From positions 1 to 55,270 of the IMG/VR virus record IMGVR_UViG_3300032156_000013: 55,270 nt of DNA. One strand, given 5' to 3'. Shown in pieces: positions 21,781 through 32,687 of the stretch; positions within the stretch are counted from its first letter, which is position 1; every line of letters starts with the position of its first letter. Under the pieces are notes generated by a model, which was not told the origin of the DNA, ran no database searches, and saw only the letters and a list, made by a program, of their open reading frames with translations. This stretch comes from a virus (taxonomy: Duplodnaviria > Caudoviricetes). The position numbers and the translations under genes were made by a program.

Positions 21781-24700
21781 TTACTCCTCCAATTCCAAAG
21801 ACGCTTCGAAATTTATACTATCTTTTGTTAAAGTTAGATTGGAATCCATTTTCCTGACAGTCATAACTAATCTTTTAAAATACTTATAAACACCTTTCCG
21901 GTCATCCTTAAATTTTACTACTCCCATACCATTTTCCTTAAACTTCAATATACTTGAACTGTACTGTATTTCATCTCTTCTTTCGATTGGTAAAGGATTA
22001 GGATAAGAAGCCATCATCTTCATCTTAGGCAATTGAAAACTGGCCAAGTAATTATTCACTATCGTTACTGCGTTGCTATTGCTTTGAATGAGATGATTAT
22101 TAACCGATAATGATTTTTTTTCACCTACATAATCTATAATGCCCTGACTTGCGATAGCCTCTGCTTCTACCCTAGTCACTACTTCTCTATAATCTTGTCC
22201 CTTGGGTCCAAAGTATGGAGTAGGAAATTCAGCTCCATCTTCATCCACTGGCTCTGGTTCCGTAGTGATAATTTCCATTTCTCCCTTGTAAACGATACCC
22301 TGAACTACTATATAACTAACTACATAATATGTCGTATCAGGCTCAAAGTCAGGCAACATTGCAGAAAAAGGACCGTTAGTGAATTGGCCATCTTCGTGAA
22401 TATCGTGGTCATTAGCCGATATTGTATTTCCGTACTTAAAGCCCCTTCTGGTAGCATATATTCCGTCTGGTAAATTTTGTATCACCTCGTTTTTTATAAT
22501 TGTATAAGGTCCGACTGTCGGGGTCTCATCTGATAAATAATATCGGACAGGAGTCGTAAATTCTCTGGTATATTTTGGTAAAGTATAATAACCTGCTTCT
22601 TGTTCTTCCACAGTCAATACTGAATTACCAACATAAGGTGTTCTTGTAGCTACAAGTTCTCCATCTGGAGTATATACCTCAAAATCACAGCCATAAGCCG
22701 TTCCAAACGGATTGGTAGCAAATGCTCTATATTGGTAAGTATCGCCTTCAAATAAACAGTTATCCATTACTGGCCAGCCAAATTCCATTTCACCAATAGT
22801 AATCATAAATGCTCCGAGATCTATTTCGTATGTTTCCGATACGGTTTTTATTAAAGTTGCTTCCCATTTAAAGTCTATTATAAAGCCATTTTCATCTTTT
22901 ACCGGCACTATACTAACATACGCCCCCATTTCTGGATTGACAAAACCTGCAATTTCATATTTCCAAGATTCGGGGAGTTCACCATAAAATTCAAATTTTA
23001 CCTCAAATCCTCTTACTGTTAGATCGGATGCTCCTTTATCAATTGCATATCCATGCCCATCCGCTTTATTATAATTTATATTATCTGCTGCTTGAGTCGT
23101 CGCCGTCGGCATGCAGGGCATCCAACTGTCTGCCACAAATTTATTATCTTCATCGTCTTTGCAATATGCTCTAAAAAACCACATCGTTCCAAAAGGCGCA
23201 CGGTACAAATCGTTAAATGTTCCCCAACTTGATAAATGATATTCGCCTATATCAAAACCGCTTTCGCTTGTTTCTTTTACTTCTTCTCCAGTATCTTCAG
23301 CGCTCGGCATCTCTTCCTGTACTAAATATTCGAACCCTCTTTCAACTATCGTAGTACCAGATATTTCAGTAATTTCGCCATACAAATAGCAATGTCCAGC
23401 AATATTTATTGCTTTAGTATTTATTAAAGTAGCTTCACCGGGGTAAGGATATCCTGATACAGCATTTATCCCTCTTACTAAATCGGTCTTCCATAATTGA
23501 GTTCCATTCTCATCATAACAAGCTAAAGCTCTGCTATAACCGCTATAAGGAGTTCCTTCTACGATTACCTTATTTTTATAAGATCCCACATGGAAGAAAT
23601 CTGTGCTATACCATTCTCCAGCGGGAGACCACGCTTCTATTTCTGTCAATGCTTTATTTGCCTTCGAAGGCAAGTCAAAATAAGCTCCTGCATATACATA
23701 ATTACCTGAAATTCCCAAACTCCCAAATTGCAATGAAGTAGGAGAATTAATATAAGCTAATCGAGTAAGATTTCCCGATCTAGTAATATTACCATCTGCT
23801 ATAGGACTTGATACTGTTTCATTGACAGGAATAATAGTATCTTCGCCATCAAGATAAGAGCCCCCCTTTGCTATAGTATAAGTCCCGTTATTTCCTGTGC
23901 TTCCTGCAACTACTATACTAATGCCTTCTAAAAATTCAGATGTGTGATCTCCTGCTATCGTAAAGCTATATTCAACAGGAGCCCATAAACCGCAAAGACT
24001 ATAAGTTATTTCCCAGTAATCGAATACGGTTTCAATGCAAGAAGTATAATCACCCTCCAAAAGCCAAGCACCAAGTCCTGAACTAAGGTCTGCTTCTAAT
24101 TCGCCATCTTCCCAATATATTCCGAGATAGTCTCCTTCTTCCATATCCAAATCAACTTCAAAAGTTCTTTTTGCCCCAGCAATTACAGTTCCGATTGCTT
24201 GACTATCTCTGGCAGTAAAAGTATTCCCATTAACTTTTGTGAAGGTAGCCACAATCACTCCAGTCATAGTACTGTGTGCCCAAATTTCAACACTGGTAAT
24301 CTTACCGCTAACAGTAGCAGGATTTTGCTCTAATATTTCAGTATAATATCCAGTATCTGTTCCATCTCTATTAATTGCATCATTACCTACCTTTTCTCCA
24401 CTGGCTACAACATCAATAACATCGTAATAATCATAAAGAGCATATTTCTCTATTCTATCGGGGTCAGTCGTTCTACCTATATAAACATGATTTTCCATAT
24501 CAGCAATTATTCCACAATAGAAGGCATCTGTTGCTACTAAATCAATATGTGCTATTTCCGTTAAATCTGAAATATTCCTTTTATATAAAACTGCATTTTT
24601 AGCTTGAGTATCGGTTTCCAGAGTAAAGATATAATCTCCATAACCAATAGATATTCCCCTGGGATATTTACTGACTGTCCAAGTATCTATAAGCACTCCG

Positions 24701-25560
24701 TCAATTAACCTTCTTTTACTTATGCGATAATTAGTCCCGCCATCATACCACCCATAATAAGCATTGCCTTCTTTATCAACTGTTATTTCTGAAGTATATT
24801 CCCCTTCTGGCAATTTCCAAGCATTATTTTCCTGCCCATTATTATTAAATACTCTCAAAAAATCTTCATTGGTAATGTAATACCCAGCGTTTGACAATAC
24901 GGCTATATTATTGGTCAATATTTTAGTGGTAAATTTAGCCCATCCTCTGTCATCACCATCAGAAGTATAAAAATAGTGTCCTGAAGCAGTCTTTAGATAA
25001 GCCCTGACATAGAAATCGGTATTAAGGGATAACCCAGAAGCATTTAAGGAAAACATGCCCACCGAAAAGCTTCCTTCTTCTGATACTTTCCAAGTGGGAG
25101 TTTTAGTCAGCCCGTATTCAAAGCCTCTTTCTATTACATACCCATCATCAGGAGTATTTATCGAACCCCAGAAGGTAACACCTCCTATGCTTTTTAGGAT
25201 ATTACAGGCGAGTATTTGCAGAGTGGTAGAATAAGCGTGAGTGGTAAATTCCAACCAATCCCCAAAGATTTCAATATATACCCAGTCTTCAAGTTCTACA
25301 TCCCATATTTTATAATAACATCGTGCTTGAAATAAATACTCAGTATAAGGAAGAAGACCTGTCTTGAATTTTGCAAAATCCCCTTCAGCGGGAGTTCCAG
25401 AAGCGGCAATATATGCTTTAGTCTCTATCCCTGCACTCTTCTTATACCACCAAAATCCCCATTCTAATATAGTCCATCCATTATTCTGGGTATTTCCGTT
25501 AAGGACAGCACTATCATTATCTAAATCACTTTCTATTAACGTAGTAACTATTGGATCCAC
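21781..25560 (-). CDS. Large tail tip protein with multiple FN3-like domains and a beta-propeller-like region
   Basis: Repeated RGF.Y/WGF.W...L...T.Y..RAY/F FN3 pattern; C-terminal YVGEK.SL.VNN.LIQ...A.....L hub-like segment. Confidence 0.75.
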   Translation of the reverse strand: MDPIVTTLIESDLDNDSAVLNGNTQNNGWTILEWGFWWYKKSAGIETKAYIAASGTPAEGDFAKFKTGLLPYTEYLFQARCYYKIWDVELEDWVYIEIFGDWLEFTTHAYSTTLQILACNILKSIGGVTFWGSINTPDDGYVIERGFEYGLTKTPTWKVSEEGSFSVGMFSLNASGLSLNTDFYVRAYLKTASGHYFYTSDGDDRGWAKFTTKILTNNIAVLSNAGYYITNEDFLRVFNNNGQENNAWKLPEGEYTSEITVDKEGNAYYGWYDGGTNYRISKRRLIDGVLIDTWTVSKYPRGISIGYGDYIFTLETDTQAKNAVLYKRNISDLTEIAHIDLVATDAFYCGIIADMENHVYIGRTTDPDRIEKYALYDYYDVIDVVASGEKVGNDAINRDGTDTGYYTEILEQNPATVSGKITSVEIWAHSTMTGVIVATFTKVNGNTFTARDSQAIGTVIAGAKRTFEVDLDMEEGDYLGIYWEDGELEADLSSGLGAWLLEGDYTSCIETVFDYWEITYSLCGLWAPVEYSFTIAGDHTSEFLEGISIVVAGSTGNNGTYTIAKGGSYLDGEDTIIPVNETVSSPIADGNITRSGNLTRLAYINSPTSLQFGSLGISGNYVYAGAYFDLPSKANKALTEIEAWSPAGEWYSTDFFHVGSYKNKVIVEGTPYSGYSRALACYDENGTQLWKTDLVRGINAVSGYPYPGEATLINTKAINIAGHCYLYGEITEISGTTIVERGFEYLVQEEMPSAEDTGEEVKETSESGFDIGEYHLSSWGTFNDLYRAPFGTMWFFRAYCKDDEDNKFVADSWMPCMPTATTQAADNINYNKADGHGYAIDKGASDLTVRGFEVKFEFYGELPESWKYEIAGFVNPEMGAYVSIVPVKDENGFIIDFKWEATLIKTVSETYEIDLGAFMITIGEMEFGWPVMDNCLFEGDTYQYRAFATNPFGTAYGCDFEVYTPDGELVATRTPYVGNSVLTVEEQEAGYYTLPKYTREFTTPVRYYLSDETPTVGPYTIIKNEVIQNLPDGIYATRRGFKYGNTISANDHDIHEDGQFTNGPFSAMLPDFEPDTTYYVVSYIVVQGIVYKGEMEIITTEPEPVDEDGAEFPTPYFGPKGQDYREVVTRVEAEAIASQGIIDYVGEKKSLSVNNHLIQSNSNAVTIVNNYLASFQLPKMKMMASYPNPLPIERRDEIQYSSSILKFKENGMGVVKFKDDRKGVYKYFKRLVMTVRKMDSNLTLTKDSINFEASLELEE

Positions 25561-25587
25561 CTATGTCTCCTCATCCTCTTTCTATTC

Positions 25588-26952
25588 TTAAGCTGGTGTT
25601 TTATAATTTTGCCATTGCCCAAAAAACTTTCCTTGTTTTTTACTATAAACCCAAGCCCTATAAAAATAATCTGTATCTAAACTTAATCCTGTTATAATAT
25701 ATTCATATGTACCTACACCAAAATAGTAACTCGTTCCATTCCAAGAATGTATTGCTTTCTGTGATGTTCCCCACTGGAATCCTCTTTTACTTACGTTACC
25801 TTGACCGATACTATCTATAGTTCCGAATACTTTTATTTTAGTTTTATCCTGTACTTCTCCATCCATTACTATTTCCGTATAATATTGTGTAGTTATTGTG
25901 GGGATCTTGACCAGTTTAGACCTTACTTCGCCTATTACACTAATATAATTTTTTACTTCATCGCTGGTATCTGATATATTCTTCACTTCTAAATTAATAT
26001 CTGCTAATTGTTTTACCGGTGTGGAATATTGAGCTTTTGGTCTAAATATCGGATTACCGTCATAATCAAAATCGAATCTATACAAAATAACCTCAGCCAA
26101 CAGTCTTATAGCCTCCATACAAGACGTTCCGGTATTAAACCAGACTCTGTCAATATAGGTGTTAGTTGGGGTTAAATAATTACTGTTACTTAACCAGCTT
26201 GCTCGGTCATAATGTCTTAGTAACCCAGCTTCAATCAATATATCGGCTACTACACTTTCTACTAGCTGTCTTTTAAAATAATATATAATTAAATTCTTAT
26301 ATCCGGTATAGGAAGGTTTAATGGAGTTCAATATCATAAAGATATTAGTATCCCAATCATACGTCCATTCACTGCCCGGATATACTTCTTTTATATTCGT
26401 TCCATCATACGGTTCTATTGAATCAAGAAACGCTCTATACACACCCTTACAATCACTTGGCATAGAATACTCATCTTTATCGTCTATAGTATGTGTTATT
26501 AATTGAGTTCCCCAATAACTCTGTATCAATTGAGTAGAAGCCAGAGCATTCATATAATTATTTCCACTTATGACGCATACATTTTTACCAGCTTCTTCCC
26601 TAAATGCAGGTGGCTCGATTCTTCCAACTATCCACTGCCAGTTATAATCAGAACCTGATTTACTTATACCAACATGTATTCTCACCCTCCTTCCGTTTCT
26701 TATCCAACCATAGCAAGGCTTTGATTCATCGGTAAGAGAATATTTATCTTCTGTATTGAGTAATGTTACACTAAAACTCACCGTACAGAACTGCGATACG
26801 AAATTACCTATGGACGTGTTTATATTCCAATCGATAAAATCACTCAGTTCCACAAAGGTTCCCATACCTGACCTATCAATTTCCACCTTCGATACTATAA
26901 CTTTTGACTTATCTTCGAAATCTAATAATGTTAATGGATCTATTAATTGCAA
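25588..26952 (-). CDS. Baseplate hub / Tal-like tail protein
   Basis: Position after Dit; AIRLLAE...FDYDGNPIFRP...VKNYISVIG hub motifs; C-terminal FN3. Confidence 0.7.
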   Translation of the reverse strand: MQLIDPLTLLDFEDKSKVIVSKVEIDRSGMGTFVELSDFIDWNINTSIGNFVSQFCTVSFSVTLLNTEDKYSLTDESKPCYGWIRNGRRVRIHVGISKSGSDYNWQWIVGRIEPPAFREEAGKNVCVISGNNYMNALASTQLIQSYWGTQLITHTIDDKDEYSMPSDCKGVYRAFLDSIEPYDGTNIKEVYPGSEWTYDWDTNIFMILNSIKPSYTGYKNLIIYYFKRQLVESVVADILIEAGLLRHYDRASWLSNSNYLTPTNTYIDRVWFNTGTSCMEAIRLLAEVILYRFDFDYDGNPIFRPKAQYSTPVKQLADINLEVKNISDTSDEVKNYISVIGEVRSKLVKIPTITTQYYTEIVMDGEVQDKTKIKVFGTIDSIGQGNVSKRGFQWGTSQKAIHSWNGTSYYFGVGTYEYIITGLSLDTDYFYRAWVYSKKQGKFFGQWQNYKTPA

Positions 26953-27309
26953 TTAACCTACCTCCACCAATACAGCACTTGCTTCGTAATCTGGTGGCAT
27001 ACTCTTACTTTTAGCATAAGTGAGCGATCCTGCCCTAAATTTTACGGTATGGTCTATTACAAAATCCTCATCTTCTATCTGTAAATTTAAACTTCCTGCT
27101 TGAGCATATAATGATTTTAGTTCGTCTAACTTACTCTTGGTAAGATAAACGAAATTAATTGTGAATTCCTCATAATAATTAACAGCTTCTTGTACTTCTA
27201 TAGTTCCTGATATCATCAGATGTTCTGAGCTCGGCTTCACCAGACTACTCTCTATATTTACATAAAGGAATATTTTCTCTTCTCCTAACGTACCTAACCT
27301 TATCTCCAT
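26953..27309 (-). CDS. Distal tail (Dit-like) protein
   Basis: 118 aa beta-rich protein directly after the tape measure, ending LVEV. Confidence 0.6.
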   Translation of the reverse strand: MEIRLGTLGEEKIFLYVNIESSLVKPSSEHLMISGTIEVQEAVNYYEEFTINFVYLTKSKLDELKSLYAQAGSLNLQIEDEDFVIDHTVKFRAGSLTYAKSKSMPPDYEASAVLVEVG

Positions 27310-27311
27310 AT

Positions 27312-29819
27312 TTATACCCTCACAAATCCCAAACCACTAGCTCTGACTTTTTTCTCTACTATATTGAATATTTTTTCTCCTGCTTCATTTATGGTCTTAT
27401 CGTCCAAAGTTTTAGCATTTATTACTACCGAGTTCGGTCCGAAATTCAATTCGGTTTTCCATTCTCCTTTTCCAGTAGGAATCTTTTCACTACTTGCCTC
27501 TCTTATAGCCGATGACCAAGGAATTACTGCATCGTTATTAATATCCTCACTAGGCTGAGGAGTCTTAGCCCCCCACATTATCGATTTTATTAACCCACCT
27601 GTTACCATACCAGTTCTTTTAATAAAATCAACCATGGGTTTAGCTATAAGATATTCTCCTTCGGTTGCATTTATCGGTATATTATCTATACCCCCTCCCC
27701 TTGCATATCCGGGAATTTTCCTTCCTACTGGCCCACCCTTGGCCAGAGGTTCTAAATGGATACCTGCTTCTATTTGTGCCTGGGATAATTGATTGATATT
27801 AGTTAGTCCTATCTTTTTACCTTCAGCATCTACATAATAATACATTTTTTGACTTTTGCCTTCTGGCGTTTTTGCTGCTTCTACAGCTACCTCTCCATAA
27901 GCAACTTTCAGTTTATTGAGATTCGCTATTTCTGCATCTCTCTTCTTAATCAAATCATCAATTGCTTCCCCAGATTCTTTCCTACTCTGTATAGATTCAT
28001 CTAAAGACGCTATCTCCTGTTCAATTCTCGTTACCGCTGTCTTAATAATACTTGCTTTTTCTAGTTCATATAATTCCTGAATTTTTACCATTGCGGCTTC
28101 TTTTTCTGTTGCTGACAACATAGCTTGTTTGGCTTCTTCCACATAGGCGATTTTTTTTGCATCTAAATCTTTCATCTCAATCTCCGTTTGAGTATGGGTC
28201 AGCTCAAATATTCTATTCTGAATCTCCTCCATATTTCTCAAATAACTTTCTCTCTCTGAAGAATCTTTAATGATGTTCGTAAGCATAACTTGACGATATT
28301 GGTCTATCTGTTCCATCGTCATTAGATTAGTTTCCATATTATTAATAAGAGCTACACACTCATCGTTAAGGTCTTGTATTTTTTTCTCTGTTGCAGTATG
28401 TGTCGCATCATATATTTTTTGGCTCATACCATATACCAGTTTTTGACTCTCAGTTAATTCTTTATTCTTAAAAATAGCGGTATCTATTTCATCGCTCAAC
28501 TCCTGAAAGGATTTAGCCTGCATTTCCATAGTACTTATAGACCCCATTCTTGCTTTAGCTAGATCACGCTCATCTTGTGCTACTCTTTCAAGAACTGATG
28601 CTGACAATTTGTGGTTTTCTATAAAATATTGCAATTCTTGATCAGTCAGATTATAAGCTTCTTGTAATTTCTTTAAAGCATCTTCCGTTGACTTTACAGA
28701 AGCGACTTCCATCTCCCTAATACGTTCACTCTCCTCCAGAGCATCTATCCAACCATAAACAGCCTTAGCCACTAAGGCAAAAGCACCTGCCATTATCAGC
28801 AACTCTGGAGCTGTTAAACCAAGTGTTAAAGCAAGTGTTGCAAACTTTTCTGAAAGAACAAATGTTGCGGCGCTCCATAACTTAAACCCGGCCACTAAAC
28901 TAGGTAACGCCATTGTTAAAGGTCCTAAAACTAACAAAACTCCACCAAGAACACCAATATCTTTTACTAATGTTCCTACTAATACTTGGTTAGCGTCTGC
29001 CCATTCTCGAACCTTTGGTACAATTACAGTTACTTTTTCTATAAATTCTAAAAGAGGTGGCATTAATATGTGAGCTATATCTCTTCCTGATGCTGCTAGA
29101 GTTGCTTTTAAAGTAATCATACTTTTCTCAAATTTATCAGCAGCTTCTGCATCTTCAGTAGATATAACCAATCCCAATTCTTTAGCTTTTTTCATCAACT
29201 CATCAATACCTGCCCCACCCCTTTTTAACATAGGAAGTAATTGAGGTCCTGTTCTTGACCCAAATAGTTCCATGGCCAGTGCTGCTTGTTTAGTGGGATC
29301 TTCGATTGCAGCAATTTTAGTAGCAACATCTTTTAAGACATCGACCATTGGTCTCAAATTTCCTTCTGTGTCAGAAACTGATATTCCTAACTCTTTAAAA
29401 ATATCTTTAGCTGTTCCAGTTCCTTTGGATGTATCATATATGGCGCGAGTCAAAAATTTTAGGCTCAACTCGAGCGTTTCTATATTTGTTTCTGACATTT
29501 TGGCAACATAAGAAAGAGCAGATAAATTTTCAACAGTTTCACCAATTCTTTCGCTCATATCTCCAAGCTCATCTTCAGCTTCTACGGTCTTGAGCACAAG
29601 GGCAGTAAAAGCCGCAGTAATCACCCCACCTACCATAGTCATAACCTTTCCTGCTTGCCTAAACTGTGTAGCGTTGTCAGTAATATATTTCCCTACAGCA
29701 CCAAAAGAGCGTCCCATCTCAGTGGACGCTCCTTTTGCAGCGGTTTTTATAGCTTCTATGTCTTGTATGGCTTGTGCTTTATTTATAGCCACTGTCCCCA
29801 TCAAGGTAAATATTTCCAT
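27312..29819 (-). CDS. Tail tape measure protein
   Basis: 835 aa helical; MEIFTLMGTV start, ELGISV.D.EGNLR, AMELFG, hydrophobic middle; follows the chaperone pair. Confidence 0.92.
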   Translation of the reverse strand: MEIFTLMGTVAINKAQAIQDIEAIKTAAKGASTEMGRSFGAVGKYITDNATQFRQAGKVMTMVGGVITAAFTALVLKTVEAEDELGDMSERIGETVENLSALSYVAKMSETNIETLELSLKFLTRAIYDTSKGTGTAKDIFKELGISVSDTEGNLRPMVDVLKDVATKIAAIEDPTKQAALAMELFGSRTGPQLLPMLKRGGAGIDELMKKAKELGLVISTEDAEAADKFEKSMITLKATLAASGRDIAHILMPPLLEFIEKVTVIVPKVREWADANQVLVGTLVKDIGVLGGVLLVLGPLTMALPSLVAGFKLWSAATFVLSEKFATLALTLGLTAPELLIMAGAFALVAKAVYGWIDALEESERIREMEVASVKSTEDALKKLQEAYNLTDQELQYFIENHKLSASVLERVAQDERDLAKARMGSISTMEMQAKSFQELSDEIDTAIFKNKELTESQKLVYGMSQKIYDATHTATEKKIQDLNDECVALINNMETNLMTMEQIDQYRQVMLTNIIKDSSERESYLRNMEEIQNRIFELTHTQTEIEMKDLDAKKIAYVEEAKQAMLSATEKEAAMVKIQELYELEKASIIKTAVTRIEQEIASLDESIQSRKESGEAIDDLIKKRDAEIANLNKLKVAYGEVAVEAAKTPEGKSQKMYYYVDAEGKKIGLTNINQLSQAQIEAGIHLEPLAKGGPVGRKIPGYARGGGIDNIPINATEGEYLIAKPMVDFIKRTGMVTGGLIKSIMWGAKTPQPSEDINNDAVIPWSSAIREASSEKIPTGKGEWKTELNFGPNSVVINAKTLDDKTINEAGEKIFNIVEKKVRASGLGFVRV

Positions 29820-29825
29820 ATTTTA

Positions 29826-30215
29826 TTATCTCCTATGCTCTTTATCCATTTTAACAATATCTTCTGCTATTTTTAATGCCTTTTTTTTCAATACGCTAAT
29901 ATCCTGCTCTAAGTCTTTATCAGTAAGTCCTAAATTTATTAGCCATTGCTGATAGTTCATATGCGTAAAACCCTTCTTCAAAGGTTGCATCATATAAAAT
30001 AACCAGCCCAAAAATGCCTGTTCCTTCATTCTTATTTTTAGTCCTTCTGCTTTCTGTTCAGAAGCCACTCTCGATATTTGAATAAACCGGGCGTATGGCA
30101 CCTTAATTATATATTCATCCGTCCAACCATACCTTTCTTCTATTAAATCTATGCTTTTTTCAAACTCTCCTTCGATAGAGGTTTTTTCATTATCCCGGTT
30201 AATTTGCCGAAAAAA
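29826..30215 (-). CDS. Tail assembly chaperone, -1 frameshift extension (gpGT-like)
   Basis: The frame of track ORF 29826..30101 stays open upstream (…FEKSIDLIEERYGWTDEYIIKVPYARF) back to the slippery T TTT TTC at 30209-30215. Confidence 0.75.
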   Translation of the reverse strand, partial: FFRQINRDNEKTSIEGEFEKSIDLIEERYGWTDEYIIKVPYARFIQISRVASEQKAEGLKIRMKEQAFLGWLFYMMQPLKKGFTHMNYQQWLINLGLTDKDLEQDISVLKKKALKIAEDIVKMDKEHRR

Positions 30216-30586
30216 GCAAGCACATCCACGTGTTTCGCTAGTGCATAGACTATATCCATTTCCGTCCCTATTGGAAACAATTTTGGATTTGTGAAGTCCT
30301 CTGTTTTTTCTCCAATCATGTTAGCTAAAAAATTCATAACATAAACTTCTTCATACAGAAAGCTAGCAAAAACAATTGCGGGGAAGTTCTCAGAAGTTAT
30401 TACTTCTCCATAATCGGTAATTTGCTTACCTAAACTCCCTGCACCTATCGACATTATTCTTGCTAATTTAAAAGCATCTGCAACTCCAAGTCTTCTTAAT
30501 TTATATTCTTTACCTTTAACCGTAATGCTTGGCACTTCGCTAATTAAAGGCTCAACTTCGTCTACAATACTCTTTCCTTCCGCCAT
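30149..30586 (-). CDS. Tail assembly chaperone (gpG-like)
   Basis: ITVKGKEYKLRRLG...AFF; lies between the tail tube and tape measure genes. Confidence 0.8.
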   Translation of the reverse strand: MAEGKSIVDEVEPLISEVPSITVKGKEYKLRRLGVADAFKLARIMSIGAGSLGKQITDYGEVITSENFPAIVFASFLYEEVYVMNFLANMIGEKTEDFTNPKLFPIGTEMDIVYALAKHVDVLAFFGKLTGIMKKPLSKESLKKA

Positions 30587-30617
30587 ATCAGCTATACCTC
30601 CTTTTTAAATTTAGCTG

Positions 30618-31835
30618 TTATACTCTCGGATATCTTATTTCCCAAGGTTCTTCATCTGCAGTCACCCCTGAGTAATGACCAGTAAAGACCACCTTCGGAA
30701 CCGATTCGTCTCTTGGTGCTGTAGCTAAAGCAAACCCTGCGTCCGCTAATGCATTCTTGACAATACATATAATCGGATTTCCCTTACCCGAAATATTACC
30801 TACTAGCGCTACATTATCTATATAATCAGAGTCTTCTATTTCTCCTCCGGTTATAGTATCGTGGGTTGGAGTTCCACCAGTATAATAAGCATACGCAATT
30901 GTTACTTCTTCACCAACATCGGGAATGTCTTCAAATATAAACTGCACATCTCCAGTGGTATTATTTATAGTATAGTCTCCTTCGTATTCATTTAACTCTA
31001 AATCATCTATAAAAAATACATCGCCTGCATCCGGTTCAGTTGCACAAGTTAATGTAATTGTTGCTTCTGTTCCTGTTGCTGTGAAATGAAATATATCTAG
31101 AATAAAGGAACTTGTTAAGGTAGTTAATGCGAAAGGCTGTCCATCTATGTGTACAGTTAGGACTCCACCAGTCCATAAAGACCCTTTCTTTGATTTGATA
31201 ATGAATTTGTAAGTTTTGCCAACTGTTAGATTTGTCAAGACCAAACCATCATCATCATCTAAACTCGGTAAACTTCCTGAAGGAGTAACTACCGTGTATT
31301 CGCCTAGAACGAACGTTCCACCAGTTCCTGTCTCCCAATCGCCTATACTTGAAACAAATCCTTTATTATCTGCTGCATTAGCACCTATAAATAATGAATC
31401 TCCTTCTAAACCTCTAACTACAAGATCCCCATCTACATAAACTTTGTCCGACAGAGGCACTATCGGAAAGTGGCCACAGGTAAAATCATCTATATTCACA
31501 GTTCCTACTCCTAAATATTCAGCTAATACATCTGTAGTCGGAGTAGCCGTAGTGTTTGCTCCTGCGATCGCTAATATTATATTTTCAACTGTGAGCTCAA
31601 TCAAGTTTGCTGTAATTTGAGGATTCACTTCGGTTATTCTTTTTAAGCCTTTCACTGCTCCCTTTAGACCATCTATTTCTATATTTCTGGTTACTCTATT
31701 CAAATTGAATTCGTTTCCACCCCTTGTAGCTCCCAAGAGTCTTTCATTCGGTAATCCATAATTTAGATATATTGCACCCGCATCTACTAATATTCTATCC
31801 GGGGTATTTACACTTATTCCACTTTGTGGTGTCAT
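30618..31835 (-). CDS. Major tail tube protein with inserted accessory domains
   Basis: ILVDAGAIY.NY...LLGATRGG..F...IEIDG.KG.VKGL and terminal F.GHY...PWEI.YP; central CBM-like insert. Confidence 0.85.
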   Translation of the reverse strand: MTPQSGISVNTPDRILVDAGAIYLNYGLPNERLLGATRGGNEFNLNRVTRNIEIDGLKGAVKGLKRITEVNPQITANLIELTVENIILAIAGANTTATPTTDVLAEYLGVGTVNIDDFTCGHFPIVPLSDKVYVDGDLVVRGLEGDSLFIGANAADNKGFVSSIGDWETGTGGTFVLGEYTVVTPSGSLPSLDDDDGLVLTNLTVGKTYKFIIKSKKGSLWTGGVLTVHIDGQPFALTTLTSSFILDIFHFTATGTEATITLTCATEPDAGDVFFIDDLELNEYEGDYTINNTTGDVQFIFEDIPDVGEEVTIAYAYYTGGTPTHDTITGGEIEDSDYIDNVALVGNISGKGNPIICIVKNALADAGFALATAPRDESVPKVVFTGHYSGVTADEEPWEIRYPRV

Positions 31836-31848
31836 CTTCTACACCTCC

Positions 31849-32280
31849 TTAATAATTTAAATCTATTGATCTTATTAACTTAACTGAAAAAAGTAATACT
31901 ATATGCTGAATATTCTCCACGCTGTCTGGTACCTTTAAACTGTTATCCCAAAAAATTCTAATCCCTTTAGCCTCACCTCCATCCAAAATTAATTCACTAC
32001 AATCAAGTAACTTTACAATCCTCCCTCTCATCTCATTAACCCTAGTTGTTAAAGGATTACTATCCCACAAGTGCATCTCTAGTCTTCCTATCCCTACCAA
32101 TGGAGTGCCTACCCCTACACTAATATCTACATTAAATACTATATAGGGATATTCATCAGATCTTGCCCCTATATCTACTCTTATATTGTTATTGCCTAAA
32201 AGTTCGATTAAATCCGAATCTTTCACCAATTTATCTAATATCGCATAATTTATCGCTCTAGTAATATCCATTAAAACCAC
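31849..32280 (-). CDS. Tail terminator / completion protein
   Basis: YPYIVF...HLWD pattern; position before the tail tube gene. Confidence 0.7.
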   Translation of the reverse strand: MVLMDITRAINYAILDKLVKDSDLIELLGNNNIRVDIGARSDEYPYIVFNVDISVGVGTPLVGIGRLEMHLWDSNPLTTRVNEMRGRIVKLLDCSELILDGGEAKGIRIFWDNSLKVPDSVENIQHIVLLFSVKLIRSIDLNY

Positions 32281-32687
32281 TTCTCTTCCAGTACTTGTTT
32301 TATCAAGCCGGTACTTTCATTTAACGTCTTGCCTAACCACGGCCTGGCAGCCATAGTACTATCCCCGAATTCTAATCTTGGTCCATACTTTCTATCTGTT
32401 CCTAACTTCAAGTAAATCATAAGAGAATAAGAACTATCTACTTCGTAAAATATATTGCCGTGTAAATCGCCTGACCAAATTACAGGAGGGAAACCTGGTG
32501 CGCTTGCCTGATGAACTTTGTTCCCCGTTTTATATATTACCCCTGTCCCTTTTTTGGATATCTGTTCCCTAATCTTTGCTACAAGAATATGACCTAGAGC
32601 ATCCGCACGCTTTTTGAGTGCCAAGTTCATTGCAGCTTTTACTTCTTCACCCTTCCAGTCTAATTTGAAATCATTCTTTTCGTTCAA
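32271..32687 (-). CDS. HK97 gp10-like neck protein
   Basis: HQASAPG.PP...SG.L...Y...LEFG...MAARPWL. Confidence 0.85.
   Translation of the reverse strand: MNEKNDFKLDWKGEEVKAAMNLALKKRADALGHILVAKIREQISKKGTGVIYKTGNKVHQASAPGFPPVIWSGDLHGNIFYEVDSSYSLMIYLKLGTDRKYGPRLEFGDSTMAARPWLGKTLNESTGLIKQVLEEKWF

Noticed and set aside
25561-25590. Stop-codon readthrough or alternative genetic code joining the two tail-tip genes
   Set aside because: Three in-frame stops (TAA, TAG, TAG) and a separate SD; other genes are intact in the standard code and several end in TAG.
30152-30162. AAAAAAG as the chaperone slippery site
   Set aside because: Not in the X XXY YYZ phase of the upstream ORF; T TTT TTC at 30209-30215 is in phase.
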